64,000 bases of DNA from an uncultured Halanaerobiaceae bacterium (GTDB taxonomy: Bacteria; Bacillota; Halanaerobiia; Halanaerobiales; Halarsenatibacteraceae), in the NCBI GenBank assembly GCA_964462585.1, contig CAYXAK010000001.1:1647-65646 (forward strand), written 5' to 3'. Position numbers and translations under genes: made by a program. Below, in pieces: positions 39,604 to 49,502 of the stretch (its first letter is position 1; each line of letters begins with the position of its first letter). Under the pieces are notes generated by a model. It saw only the letters and a program-made list of their open reading frames with translations, searched no databases and was not told the DNA's origin.

Positions 39604-40203
39604 TCAGTTTATTATTATCTCTTCCAGACCTCGTTTGGGGACATGATGTAATCCCTCTTCATCCCGCCAGTAATCATAATCATCATCTTCCAACTCTTCC
39701 AGAATTATTTCCTCTGCTTTTTCTGCAGGTGTGCCTAAAGCCAGGACGTTAAGGATTTTAAATCTTTCTGCCAGATTTAAAGAATCTCTCAGGCTTTCTC
39801 TGTCTATAGCTGCAAATATGCAGCTGGCTCTGCCTTTAACCCGGGCTCCCAGCATCATGGTCTGCAGAACAATACCGGGATCAGAGTAGTAGTTTTCGGA
39901 TATTGACCTATCTCCCAGCACTATAATATAACCCCCCGGTCTTTCTCCCTCTTCAGGACCATCCCAGTCTTTCAAAGCTCCAGCCCAGGAGAGTGTGGAA
40001 AATATCTTTTCATTCTCCTCCGGGCGATGTGAGAGATAATATTTAAGAGGCTGGCGGTTGGAAGCAGAAGCTGTAGTTCGGGCCAGCTCCACAAGATCTT
40101 CAAGCTCTTCTCTCTTCATATTCTCTTCCTGCACAAATCGGCGGCAGGAGCGGTTTTCTTTGATCAGTGTTTCCAGCTGCTGCCAGGAAATATCTTCAGA
40201 CAT
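39604..40203 (-). CDS. Nitroreductase family protein
   Basis: NRSCRRF, ASASNRQPLKY, HHVPKR. Confidence 0.9.
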   Translation of the reverse strand: MSEDISWQQLETLIKENRSCRRFVQEENMKREELEDLVELARTTASASNRQPLKYYLSHRPEENEKIFSTLSWAGALKDWDGPEEGERPGGYIIVLGDRSISENYYSDPGIVLQTMMLGARVKGRASCIFAAIDRESLRDSLNLAERFKILNVLALGTPAEKAEEIILEELEDDDYDYWRDEEGLHHVPKRGLEEIIIN

Positions 40204-40223
40204 ATACTATCCCCTTTCGATAA

Positions 40224-40724
40224 TTAATTTTTATAAACTCCCTTTATCTCCCCATAATATATGGTGTGATAATCAGAATCAGGATAATTATTTTCTTTGA
40301 TCTCTTCTTTGAGATCAGATCTGTTCATCTTCTGGCTGTAGACTATATCACATTCATAAAATATATCGCACCCTGAGATAAATGGAGTATTAAGCTTCTG
40401 ACCTGGAGAAGTTTCGAGGTCAAGCTCCTTAAATTTATCGACATCTCTTCCGCTTCTGCTGCCGCAGTAAGATAGCTCTTCCTCTAACTGATTTTGCAGG
40501 GGTACACTTACCGTGAACTCGTCTGCTCTGTTGATCAGTTTATATGTATGGCGTGACTCCCGCACCAAAACCTCGAAGATGGGAAGATTCCAGACGTAGC
40601 CTATATTACCCCAGCCGATGGTCATGGTGTTCTTCTCCGTGCCGTCATCAACGGTCAGAAATGCTCCCCGGGGAAGCTGCTCAAGTACAGACTCCAGCCC
40701 GGCAAAGTATTTGATTTCCTGCAT
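40224..40724 (-). CDS. Flavin reductase / flavoredoxin family protein
   Basis: NTMTIGWG, VRESRHT, CGSRSGRDVDK, YHTIYYGEI; ATG 40724 after GGGAGGGG. Confidence 0.88.
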   Translation of the reverse strand: MQEIKYFAGLESVLEQLPRGAFLTVDDGTEKNTMTIGWGNIGYVWNLPIFEVLVRESRHTYKLINRADEFTVSVPLQNQLEEELSYCGSRSGRDVDKFKELDLETSPGQKLNTPFISGCDIFYECDIVYSQKMNRSDLKEEIKENNYPDSDYHTIYYGEIKGVYKN

Positions 40725-40764
40725 TTTATTTTTCCCCTCCCGCTTTTTATCGCCAATAAATAGC

Positions 40765-40791
40765 AAAAGCCCCGGTTGCAATAACCGGGGC
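40765..40791 (-). terminator. Intrinsic terminator after the cold-shock gene
   Basis: GCCCCGGTT / AACCGGGGC stem followed by TTTT on the - strand. Confidence 0.7.
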
Positions 40792-40812
40792 AGTCAGTCG
40801 TCTCGGGTTTAA

Positions 40813-41019
40813 TTAAACCTTAACGACATTTTCGGCCTGTGGGCCACGATCGGTTTCAACTATCTCGAATTCGACTTCCTGACCGTCTTCGAGATTTTTA
40901 AAACCTTCTTCCTGAATGGCTGAAAAGTGCACAAAAACGTCTTCCTCTTCACCTTCACGTTCGATAAAGCCAAAACCTTTCTTCGTGTCAAACCACTTAA
41001 CCTTACCAGTATAAATCAT
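40813..41019 (-). CDS. Cold-shock protein (CspA family)
   Basis: [28 protein letters not shown]. Confidence 0.96.
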   Translation of the reverse strand: MIYTGKVKWFDTKKGFGFIEREGEEEDVFVHFSAIQEEGFKNLEDGQEVEFEIVETDRGPQAENVVKV

Positions 41020-41132
41020 TAAACACATTCCTCCTAAATCTTGTTCTTTATTTTGCTATAATATACAATAACACAAAGTCTGTGATTTATCAAGGAAAGA
41101 AGCGAATTAAATTGAGTTACTCGCCAGATATT

Positions 41133-41375
41133 TCAATCAACCATATTCTCCTTGAGCCAGTCCACTATGTCATCAGACTCATAGAGTGGTTCACCGTCGA
41201 TAAAAAGACAGGGCACCTGATCCTTGCCGCCGACTTCCTTGAGGGTCTCTTTGGCCTCGGAATCAGTTGAGGTGTTGATCAGCTCGATCTCTTCTATATT
41301 TTTTTCTTTCATAAATCTCAAAACCTTTTTGCAGTAAGGGCACATCGGCATATAATAGAGTTTGAGATCAGGCAT
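41133..41375 (-). CDS. Glutaredoxin-like protein
   Basis: CPYC active site, QVPCLFIDG, YESDDI. Confidence 0.9.
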   Translation of the reverse strand: MPDLKLYYMPMCPYCKKVLRFMKEKNIEEIELINTSTDSEAKETLKEVGGKDQVPCLFIDGEPLYESDDIVDWLKENMVD

Positions 41376-41502
41376 ATTAATCAGCTCCTTCATATTTAAA
41401 GTTTTTGGCCGGTTGATCCCTTCCTCATAGTCCTTTCAAGGTATTATGGAGTATTGAAAAACATGCAGTTCTATTGATTCAAAAAGACCGAAAGAACTAA
41501 AT

Positions 41503-42126
41503 CTACTCTTCTTCATTCTGACAGGCGTTTCTAAGTGAAGGCAGATAGGGTTTTAAAAACAGAGTTACATCATAATCATTTTTGTTCTCTGCCTCCTGAT
41601 CATTGTATTTGTTGATGAGATCTCTCAGCTCTTGGTTAAAATCATCGAGCTGATCCTCGCTCAGATGCAGCTTTCTGATCAGAAAATCAAGTGATTTATC
41701 ACCGGGATATCCGGCCTTATCAAAACCCTCTGTGAGGTTTTTGGATTCCTGCAGAAGATTTAACATATCTCTGAAATCACCCTTTAGATGCTGAATAATG
41801 CCGAATATCCAGTGGTCATCCACGGGATCGGGGAGGTCGGGAAACATCTTGCCCACCGAATAGAAAACGGCCTTTTTGCGGTATTTTTCAACCTCATCAA
41901 CCGCTTTTTTTTCCAGCATGCCATTATCATACATATTGCTCAGATAATCTTCCAGAAGTTCTTTGTTCTCTCCCAGTTCTTCTGAAAGCTCACGGGGGCT
42001 TATCCATTTATCTCTTTCCATAGCCACCAGTATGGGCAGACCCAGTGGATCGGTGAGAAGCTCTACCTGATCTCGATTCTGAACATTGTAGACACAGTAT
42101 CGATCATCTTCCTGGTTCTCTGACAA
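41503..42126 (-). CDS. Hypothetical protein with an N-terminal winged-helix (ArsR-like) domain
   Basis: LLTDPLGLPIL...ISPRELSEELGE...YLSNMYDNGML pattern and C-terminal LSEDQLDDF..EL segment; TTG start after GGAGGTG. Confidence 0.55.
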   Translation of the reverse strand: MSENQEDDRYCVYNVQNRDQVELLTDPLGLPILVAMERDKWISPRELSEELGENKELLEDYLSNMYDNGMLEKKAVDEVEKYRKKAVFYSVGKMFPDLPDPVDDHWIFGIIQHLKGDFRDMLNLLQESKNLTEGFDKAGYPGDKSLDFLIRKLHLSEDQLDDFNQELRDLINKYNDQEAENKNDYDVTLFLKPYLPSLRNACQNEEE

Positions 42127-42223
42127 TTTATTCACCTCCGGTGTAATTGAATTGTTATTATGATAATTTCTCTCCGGCTGCAGGAGAACTCATTGTGATC
42201 ATGAATAATAATTTAAGTCCGTT

Positions 42224-42251
42224 TTTACACAAAAGTAGACTTTTATGCAGA
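42224..42251. other. Imperfect 11-6-11 palindrome upstream of the xer gene, related to the 23115 site
   Basis: TTTACACAAAA-GTAGAC-TTTTATGCAGA; arms match the 23115-23142 arms at 7/11 and 8/11 positions. Confidence 0.45.
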
Positions 42252-42265
42252 AGGGGGCTCCAAAT

Positions 42266-43195
42266 ATGAAAGAAATCACCTACAGAGATGCCATCTACCG
42301 GTTTAGAAGGCATCTTTTGGTCGAGAAAGGATATTCTGGCGGCACTGTCAGGGAATATGCCAGTGATCTCGCTCTATTTCATGATTATCTGCGGGAAAAC
42401 TATGATTATCCCCGGGATTTTTCGGTAAAAAAGATCAAAACCCACGAAGTGGCAGAGTTTCTGGGAGATATTATAATCGAAAAGGACAACTCTCCGGTAA
42501 CCCGCAATAGAAAACTCTTCTCCCTGCGCTCCTTTTTTAAGTTTCTGGTGAAAAAAAACTATCTGGAGAGGGATCCCACAGAGAATATTGAAACGAGCAA
42601 AACAGAAAACAGAGCAGAACCCATATATATGAAGATGAATCAGGCCAGAAAATATCTGCGCACGATCAAAAACTCAGATTCCCGCCATAAAATTCGAGAT
42701 CTGGCCATTGTCAAGATCTTTCTCTACGGCGGGCTGAGAGTCTCGGAGCTGGTGGAGCTGGATCTCGATAATATCGATTTCGATGACGAGACACTCATGT
42801 TCTTCGGCAAGGGAAATAAAGAAAGATACGTTCCCCTCCATGAAGATGTTATAACCGCAATTCTCGATTATCTGCCGGAAAGAGAAAAGATTGATATCAA
42901 GGAAGAAGAGGATGAAAATGCCCTCTTCTTATCCTCCCGGGGCAGGAGAATAAGTGTGCGCACTGTCCAGCATATGGTGAAAAAATATGCCAAAATGGCC
43001 GGCCTCAGAAATGCCAGCAAGATAACCCCCCACAAACTGAGGCATACTTTCGCCTCCACTCTCTATCAGGAGACCAAAGATCTCAATGTTGTCAAAGATC
43101 TGCTGGGCCATTCCAGCATATCCTCAACCCAGATATATACCCATACAGATGCCGAGCAGAAGCGAAATGCTATTGATGAATTTCCGGATATTTAA
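42266..43195 (+). CDS. Xer-family tyrosine recombinase
   Basis: TRNRKLFSLRSFFKFL, GGLRVSEL, GKGNKER, TPHKLRHTFAS, LLGHSSISSTQIYTH (R-K-H-R-H-Y intact). Confidence 0.93.
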   Translation: MKEITYRDAIYRFRRHLLVEKGYSGGTVREYASDLALFHDYLRENYDYPRDFSVKKIKTHEVAEFLGDIIIEKDNSPVTRNRKLFSLRSFFKFLVKKNYLERDPTENIETSKTENRAEPIYMKMNQARKYLRTIKNSDSRHKIRDLAIVKIFLYGGLRVSELVELDLDNIDFDDETLMFFGKGNKERYVPLHEDVITAILDYLPEREKIDIKEEEDENALFLSSRGRRISVRTVQHMVKKYAKMAGLRNASKITPHKLRHTFASTLYQETKDLNVVKDLLGHSSISSTQIYTHTDAEQKRNAIDEFPDI

Positions 43196-43219
43196 AATCA
43201 ACAGTATAAGCTATAGGAG

Positions 43220-44020
43220 CTAATTAACATAATAAACCGAGGGTCTGCCTTTTCCGGGCTGGGGATAAAGCTCCATCAGCTCGTAGATCATACCGGGCAG
43301 ATCTGTATGGTGATCGATATTTAACTCCTGCAGGACCTCACAGGTGAGGGGAAAATCATGGGTGAATTTTCCCCGGGATAGATTGGCAATAATTTTGTCT
43401 ATCTCCCCGGTCTCAAATTTATCGTCTAAAATTTTTCTGAGAAAATTGTCGAGCTGGACGGTGGCTTTATGAGCTACATCCTCCAGGATCAGCGTCTCGT
43501 CATCTATTTCATCAATATCTTTTCTCCGGACAACATTCTTAATGGAAACAGCCGGATATCCGCGCACCTGGGGATCAACCGGCCCCAGCACCGCATTCTG
43601 GTCCATAACTATCTTATCCGCGGCCAGCGCTATCAGTGTCCCTCCGGACATGGCATAATGAGGTACCAGAACTCTCACCTGAGAGGGATGTTTGTTGATA
43701 GCCATGGCTATCTGCTCTGCAGCCAGAACGAGTCCGCCGGGAGTGTGGAGGATAAAATCAATCGGTCTGTCATCGGGTGTGCGGCGTATTGCTCTGAGAA
43801 CCTCCTCTGAATCCTCGATATTGATAAATCTGGTGAAGGGAATACCGATAAAGCTCAGTATTTCCTGCCTGTGGATCAGAGTTATTACCCTGCTATCCCT
43901 CTCCTCTTCTATGCTCTTCATCTTTTTGACTCTCTTGTAGCTGACTATTTTATTTTTGATGACAGGTATGATGATAAAAAACAGCAGAACAAGTATAAAT
44001 ATTATCCAGCCCAAAGACAT
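43220..44020 (-). CDS. SDH family Clp-fold serine protease (membrane anchored)
   Basis: N-terminal TM helix, LIHRQE, LHTPGGLVLAA, PHYAMSGGTLIALAAD, LGPVDPQ, THDFPL. Confidence 0.9.
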   Translation of the reverse strand: MSLGWIIFILVLLFFIIIPVIKNKIVSYKRVKKMKSIEEERDSRVITLIHRQEILSFIGIPFTRFINIEDSEEVLRAIRRTPDDRPIDFILHTPGGLVLAAEQIAMAINKHPSQVRVLVPHYAMSGGTLIALAADKIVMDQNAVLGPVDPQVRGYPAVSIKNVVRRKDIDEIDDETLILEDVAHKATVQLDNFLRKILDDKFETGEIDKIIANLSRGKFTHDFPLTCEVLQELNIDHHTDLPGMIYELMELYPQPGKGRPSVYYVN

Positions 44021-44033
44021 ATTATCATCTCCC

Positions 44034-44756
44034 CTAAAACACCTTAATTTTACCCGGAAGTTTCCTGGCAATAGACTGCAGTCTTTTCTTCGTCATCCCT
44101 GCAGCGTTACTTTCGACAGGGGGCCTGTCGACACTGTTAAGGTCGATCCTATCCGGATCAATCTGATGTATTATTCTTTTAAAACCTTCTATCTCCCGGG
44201 GAGAATCATTGATACCTGGCATCAATAGAATTTCCAGAAATATCTTCCCGTAAAACTCTTCGGAGAGAAGCTTTATCCCCTTTTCGATATCCTCCAGATA
44301 TATGCCTCCAGCCGGCCGGCAGACCTCTTGAAAGGTGCTTTCTCTGGAGGCATCCAGAGAGGGGACAATAAGATCGGCTTTCATCAGCTCCCCTCTGACA
44401 CCAGCACACTTTAGGAGTGTGCTGTTGGTCAGCACTGCTATCCGGTAGGAGGGAAATTCTGTGGTGATAAAATCTATGATCTCGCCGATATCTTCGTGCA
44501 GTGTCGGCTCTCCTCTGCCGGAAAAAGTGATATAATCGCAGGCCGGCTGCTGTGAGAGCTTTTCCTCCAGTTCAGCTATGACCTTCTCCGTCTGCACATA
44601 TTCTTTTCTCTCTGCTGTCAGCACTTCAGTGGGACCACATTCACAGTAGATGCAATTTTCGCTGCAAATATTGCGGGGGAGAAGATCTATCCCCAGTGAG
44701 GAACCGAGCCGGCGTGATTTTATAGGACCTTTGAGAAACTTATAGGCTGCTGACAT
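44034..44756 (-). CDS. Radical SAM protein of unknown function
   Basis: GPIKSRRLGSSLGID, CSENCIYCEC (CxxxCxxC), TFSGRGEPTL. Confidence 0.88.
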   Translation of the reverse strand: MSAAYKFLKGPIKSRRLGSSLGIDLLPRNICSENCIYCECGPTEVLTAERKEYVQTEKVIAELEEKLSQQPACDYITFSGRGEPTLHEDIGEIIDFITTEFPSYRIAVLTNSTLLKCAGVRGELMKADLIVPSLDASRESTFQEVCRPAGGIYLEDIEKGIKLLSEEFYGKIFLEILLMPGINDSPREIEGFKRIIHQIDPDRIDLNSVDRPPVESNAAGMTKKRLQSIARKLPGKIKVF

Positions 44757-44771
44757 CGATATCTGCTCCTA

Positions 44772-45857
44772 TCAGGGAAGATGATGGAGTGGATCTATAT
44801 GTTCTCCCTCTTCGATAATCTCAAAGTGAAGATGGGGACCTGAGCTTGTGCCGGAATTGCCGGAATAGGCTATGATCTCTCCTTTATTCACCCTTTCCCC
44901 CTCATTCACATTGAGCTGGGAGTTATGGGCATAGAGTGTCTCGATGCCGTCACCATGATCAATTATTATTGTATGTCCATATCCGCCCTGCCATCCGGAA
45001 AAGCTGATCCTGCCGGATTCCGCGGCATAGATCGGTGTACCGTATGAGACAGCAATATCTATGCCTGTGTGAAAATCGCTCTCTCCTGTGAGAGGGTGGG
45101 TGCGATGTCCAAAATCAGAGGTTATTCGCCCGTTGGTGGGCCAGCGGAAATTTAATCGCTCCAGGGCTGAGATATGTCTTCGCTGTTCAGAACCGGGAAT
45201 TTCCAGCTCCTGACCGGCCACTATCTGGCTGTCTCCGAGATTATTCAGGCTCTGAATCGTCGATACGTCGACATCAAAGCGGGCGGAAATTGATATTAAG
45301 GTATCTCCGGGTTGAACTGTATAGGAAAATGTCTGCTCTTCCGCACTGGAATGTGTTTGCTCTCTATCTTCGATTCGAAAATTTTCCCCACCCCTTCCTA
45401 CCGAGATATCGTCATCCTGATCGGAAACCGGAACTTCCAGCTCTCTGCCGGGCCTTATAGAAGTATTGTCGAGCTGATTTAAGATCATTATCTTCTCCAG
45501 GCTGGTATTCTGACTTTCTGCTATGCTGGATAGAGTGTCTCCCTGTTCGACAGTGTATTCTTTGGTGTCAAGCAGATTGACAAGCTCTGTGGAAAGAGCC
45601 TCCCGGGTTTCATAACCGTATATGCCGTCCACGGATATTCCCATTTCCTTTTGAAAGTCTTCAATTATATCCTCTGTTTCTCCATCATAAACGCTGTCAT
45701 CCTCAACTTCATACCCGATCAATGTCAGTGCTCTCTGCAGCTCCTCTACTCTTGGGCCTATGTCGCCTCTCCTGAGCGTTCCAGCTTCTGCGCCCGAACT
45801 GAAGACAATAACCAGCAGCATCAGAATTGATACCGCTGTGGACCAGGTTTTGAACAT
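44772..45857 (-). CDS. M23 peptidoglycan endopeptidase with a PG-binding domain and two LysM domains
   Basis: Signal peptide, LRRGDIG...VDGIYG PG-binding domain, YTVEQGDTL and YTVQPGDTL LysM, HTGID and GPHLHFE; start 45857 or 45872. Confidence 0.92.
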   Translation of the reverse strand: MFKTWSTAVSILMLLVIVFSSGAEAGTLRRGDIGPRVEELQRALTLIGYEVEDDSVYDGETEDIIEDFQKEMGISVDGIYGYETREALSTELVNLLDTKEYTVEQGDTLSSIAESQNTSLEKIMILNQLDNTSIRPGRELEVPVSDQDDDISVGRGGENFRIEDREQTHSSAEEQTFSYTVQPGDTLISISARFDVDVSTIQSLNNLGDSQIVAGQELEIPGSEQRRHISALERLNFRWPTNGRITSDFGHRTHPLTGESDFHTGIDIAVSYGTPIYAAESGRISFSGWQGGYGHTIIIDHGDGIETLYAHNSQLNVNEGERVNKGEIIAYSGNSGTSSGPHLHFEIIEEGEHIDPLHHLP

Positions 45858-45915
45858 ATTGTCTCCGACCATGATAATTTTCCTACCCCCAGCTATTCTT
45901 CTTTTTATATATCTT

Positions 45916-46917
45916 TTATATCTCACTGACCTCTTCACAGCTGACAAATTCCTCCAGCAATTCGATGGTGCTTGCCAGATCATTTCCATCTATCATCTCA
46001 TGTGGTGTATGTATATAGCGGCAGGGAATGGAAAGAGTACCACTGGGCACTCCTCCCCTGGTGAGCTGCATGGAATGGGCATCTGTAGCTCCAAATTCCA
46101 GCACCTCAAATTGATATTCTATCCCGGCATCGGTGGCCAGTTTCTCCAGAAGGTTCTTGATCTGAGGATGTGATATGCTGCCTCTATCCATAACTTTGAT
46201 TGCCGCTCCCTCACCCAGAGCCATCTCTCTGGGCCTGGATTCAGGAGTATCACCAGTGGCGGTGACATCGACTGCCAGAGCAATATCGGGATTGATATCA
46301 TAGGCTGCTGTTTTAGCACCCCGGCAGCCCACCTCTTCCTGAACTGTAAATACACAGTAGAGATCATGAGGTGATTCTTTCAGTCCCTGCATCAGCTTGA
46401 CCAGTGCAGCACATCCCGCTCTATCATCAAGGCTGTTGGCTATAATCCTGCCTCCGGCGTTGACAAAGTTTCGGGCGTAGACAGCAGTATCTCCAACCGA
46501 GACCAGCTTTTCCGCTTCTTCTTTATCCTCTGCTCCGATATCCATATACATCTTCTCAAACTTCAATTTATCATTATCCTCGAGATCTTCAACTCCAACT
46601 GTACCTTTAATCCCATCTGAAAATACGAAGCTCTTATGGGGAACGTTCTTTTTCTTCACACCACCCACAGGTGTAAAGCGCAGAAAACCTTCCTCTTCAA
46701 TATGGGTTATCATCAAACCTATTTCATCTATATGTGCTGCCAGCATAATCTTCAGCTCAGAATTACCACCCCGGCGGTGGATGACCAGATTGCCCAGCTT
46801 ATCCTCCCATATCTCATCACAGTGTTCTTCCAGCTCAGATTTTACAATTTCTTTTACTATATTCTCCTCACCGGCAGGACCAAAGCCACCAGTTAATTTC
46901 TCCAGTATCTCAATCAT
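45916..46917 (-). CDS. M42 family aminopeptidase (copy 3)
   Basis: AAHIDEIG, LDDRAG, QEEVG, AVDVT, RYIHT. Confidence 0.93.
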   Translation of the reverse strand: MIEILEKLTGGFGPAGEENIVKEIVKSELEEHCDEIWEDKLGNLVIHRRGGNSELKIMLAAHIDEIGLMITHIEEEGFLRFTPVGGVKKKNVPHKSFVFSDGIKGTVGVEDLEDNDKLKFEKMYMDIGAEDKEEAEKLVSVGDTAVYARNFVNAGGRIIANSLDDRAGCAALVKLMQGLKESPHDLYCVFTVQEEVGCRGAKTAAYDINPDIALAVDVTATGDTPESRPREMALGEGAAIKVMDRGSISHPQIKNLLEKLATDAGIEYQFEVLEFGATDAHSMQLTRGGVPSGTLSIPCRYIHTPHEMIDGNDLASTIELLEEFVSCEEVSEI

Positions 46918-47942
46918 TTATTCAACTTCCCTTCCTCTATGGTTTCTGAGATGAATTTTTTGAGCAGATCAGAAGATGAGTTATAATCATCCAGATCCAT
47001 CATCGCTACAGGGGAATGAATATATCTGCAGGGAACAGAGATAACCGCTGAGGGTATTCCCTCTCTGGTCAGATGTATAACACCGGCATCATTTCCTCCG
47101 GCGGTAGTGCGGCGGAACTGATAGGGAATATTCCCGCTCTCAGCCGTCTCTATCAGCAGCTGCAGAAGAGGTCTGCTGCTGATTAGACTTCTATCCCTGA
47201 TGGTCAGAGCCGGTCCTTCTCCTACAGAAGTTGAATATCTATGTTCTTCGTTATCCGGCACATCGGCGGCTGTAGTTCCCTCCACAACAACTGATATATC
47301 CGGGTCTATGCTGTAAGCTGCCTGTCTGGCTCCCCTCAGGCCAACTTCTTCCTGTACCGTGAAGACAAAATATGTGGGGACCCGGGGCTCGATTTTTGCC
47401 GCTTCGGTCAGCAGAGCACAGCCGGTCCTATCGTCAAAGGCCTTGCCCAGCACCATATCATTATCCAGCTTTTCAAAGCTGGATTCAAAGACAGCTGCAT
47501 CCCCGGCATTTACAAGTTTTTTGGCCTCCGCTCTGCTGGTAGCACCGATATCGATATAGAGATTATCGATATCGATAGGCTTTTTTCTCTCCGACTTTTT
47601 TTGCAGATGTATAGCTTTAGACCCTATAACACCTCTGATACCATCAGAGCCTATATTAACGACTTTTGAGACCAGAATTCTCTTATCTATTCCGCCCACT
47701 TTCATAAAATCCAGCAGGCCATCTTTTCTTATATTGGTGATCATCAGACCCACTTCATCCATATGTGCTGTCAGCATCGTAACCGGGCCTGACTTTTCTC
47801 TGCCCCGGCAGGCTATGAGATTTCCCATTACATCAGTATATATATCCTCAACATGATCGGAGATATCATCTCTGATGATCTCCCGGACCTCATCCTCCCG
47901 GCTGGCCACACCTGAAGCCTCACTTAATTTTTCTAAAAGCAT
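46914..47942 (-). CDS. M42 family aminopeptidase (copy 2)
   Basis: TAHMDEVG, FDDRTG, QEEVG, VVEGT, RYIHS. Confidence 0.93.
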   Translation of the reverse strand: MLLEKLSEASGVASREDEVREIIRDDISDHVEDIYTDVMGNLIACRGREKSGPVTMLTAHMDEVGLMITNIRKDGLLDFMKVGGIDKRILVSKVVNIGSDGIRGVIGSKAIHLQKKSERKKPIDIDNLYIDIGATSRAEAKKLVNAGDAAVFESSFEKLDNDMVLGKAFDDRTGCALLTEAAKIEPRVPTYFVFTVQEEVGLRGARQAAYSIDPDISVVVEGTTAADVPDNEEHRYSTSVGEGPALTIRDRSLISSRPLLQLLIETAESGNIPYQFRRTTAGGNDAGVIHLTREGIPSAVISVPCRYIHSPVAMMDLDDYNSSSDLLKKFISETIEEGKLNK

Positions 47943-48982
47943 GTCAATCCCTCCACAAACTCATCGTCTACGTTATTTATAACCCTGGCAAGCAGAATGG
48001 CACCTTCCTTTATGTTCTTCAGTGAGAGCATCTCCACCGAGGTATGCATATAACGCTGGGGGATGCTCAAAAGCGCTGTGGCAACTCCAGACCGTGCCAC
48101 CTGAATGCCGGCAGCATCAGTTCCATAGGGTGAAGGGGTGGGCTGAATCTGGCAGGGAATGCTGCGATCATCAGCGGTTTTCTTCATAAGCTCAAAGAGG
48201 TCTGGATGGACATGAGGGCCGAAGGAAATCACCGGGCCCTTTTCCATCTCCACCGCCTTGTTTTTGTCCACACCGGGCATCAGACCATGTGTTACATCGA
48301 TGGCTATTCCAATCTGAGGATCTAGATTGTAGGCGGAGGTTATACCTCCTTTGACACCAACTTCTTCCTGGCTGGTTGCCACAAAAGAGACCTCTGCCCG
48401 GTGATTGTAATCAGCCAGCTCTTTAGCACATTCATACATGAGGAGAATTCCTGCCCTGTCATCAAGGGCCTTTCCACTCACGTATTCATTTTCAAGCTCC
48501 TTTAGATCTCTTCTTATGGAGATGATATCTCCCACACTTACCAGCTTTTCAATTTCCTCTCTGTCATAGCCGGTATCAACATATAGATTTTTTAATTTAT
48601 GGGCCTTATTTCGCTGCTTCTTATCCAGAAGATGGGGAGGCATCGCTCCTATGACACCTTCGAGTTTATCCCGGCCGTGCACACAGACTCTCTGGCCGGG
48701 CAGTGTTCGGGGATCTATTCCCCCTACAGCAGAAATTCGCAGAAAGCCATCCTCATCAATCTTCTTTACCATCAGCCCTATTTCATCCATATGGGCAGCT
48801 ATCATAATGCTGATACCACAATCTTTACCCTTTTTTCTGGCTATAAAATTGCCCAGCTCATCTCTCCGACAGTCATCTGCTAGAGGCTGAAAATGATCTT
48901 TGAGTATATCCTGCATCTCCTTTTCATAACCGGATACTGCAGGCAGTTCACACATTTCTTTCAGCAAGTCCACATTTACCAT
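47933..48982 (-). CDS. M42 family aminopeptidase (copy 1)
   Basis: AAHMDEIG, LDDRAG, QEEVG, AIDVT, RYMHT; ATG 48982 after AGGAGG. Confidence 0.93.
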   Translation of the reverse strand: MVNVDLLKEMCELPAVSGYEKEMQDILKDHFQPLADDCRRDELGNFIARKKGKDCGISIMIAAHMDEIGLMVKKIDEDGFLRISAVGGIDPRTLPGQRVCVHGRDKLEGVIGAMPPHLLDKKQRNKAHKLKNLYVDTGYDREEIEKLVSVGDIISIRRDLKELENEYVSGKALDDRAGILLMYECAKELADYNHRAEVSFVATSQEEVGVKGGITSAYNLDPQIGIAIDVTHGLMPGVDKNKAVEMEKGPVISFGPHVHPDLFELMKKTADDRSIPCQIQPTPSPYGTDAAGIQVARSGVATALLSIPQRYMHTSVEMLSLKNIKEGAILLARVINNVDDEFVEGLTCF

Positions 48983-49013
48983 CTTGTATTCCTCCTGCAT
49001 ATGTATATATCCT

Positions 49014-49502
49014 TTAAAATTCTTTGAGGAAATCTCCTTTACGGTTAAAACCGGGGAAATCCAGCTGTCTGTAAGCTTCATAGAGGACTATTGCTACGGA
49101 ATTGGCCAGGTTCAGGGATCTGGCCCAGTCCTGCATCGGAATTCTCAGGCTGTGCAGAAAATTTTCACTGACAAAATCCTCATCGAGACCATCTGTTTCC
49201 TGGCCGAAGAGTAGATATTCATCACCTTCATACTCTATCTCATGGTAACAGCTATTAGCTCTGGTTGTAAAGAGATACATCCTCTCCCGGGGACAGCACT
49301 GCAGGAATTCATCGAGATCATCATAAATCTGTATATCCAGCTGATCCCAGTAATCCAGACCCGCTCTCTTCAGATACCTATCATCCAGGGAAAAGCCCAG
49401 AGGTCGGATGAGATGTAATGTGCTGCCGGTCACCGAGCAGGTTCGGGCTATATTGCCCGTGTTCTGGGGGATCTGTGGATTTACTAGAACTATATTCATC
49501 AT
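49014..49502 (-). CDS. trmL: tRNA (cytidine/uridine(34)-2'-O)-methyltransferase
   Basis: PQIPQNTGNIAR, KRAGLDYW, FGQETDGL, RSLNLANS. Confidence 0.94.
   Translation of the reverse strand: MMNIVLVNPQIPQNTGNIARTCSVTGSTLHLIRPLGFSLDDRYLKRAGLDYWDQLDIQIYDDLDEFLQCCPRERMYLFTTRANSCYHEIEYEGDEYLLFGQETDGLDEDFVSENFLHSLRIPMQDWARSLNLANSVAIVLYEAYRQLDFPGFNRKGDFLKEF

Noticed and set aside
42266..43195. Tyrosine recombinase as a prophage or genomic-island integrase
   Set aside because: No phage, conjugation or tRNA/att context; the flanks are housekeeping genes and the size and motifs fit the Xer family
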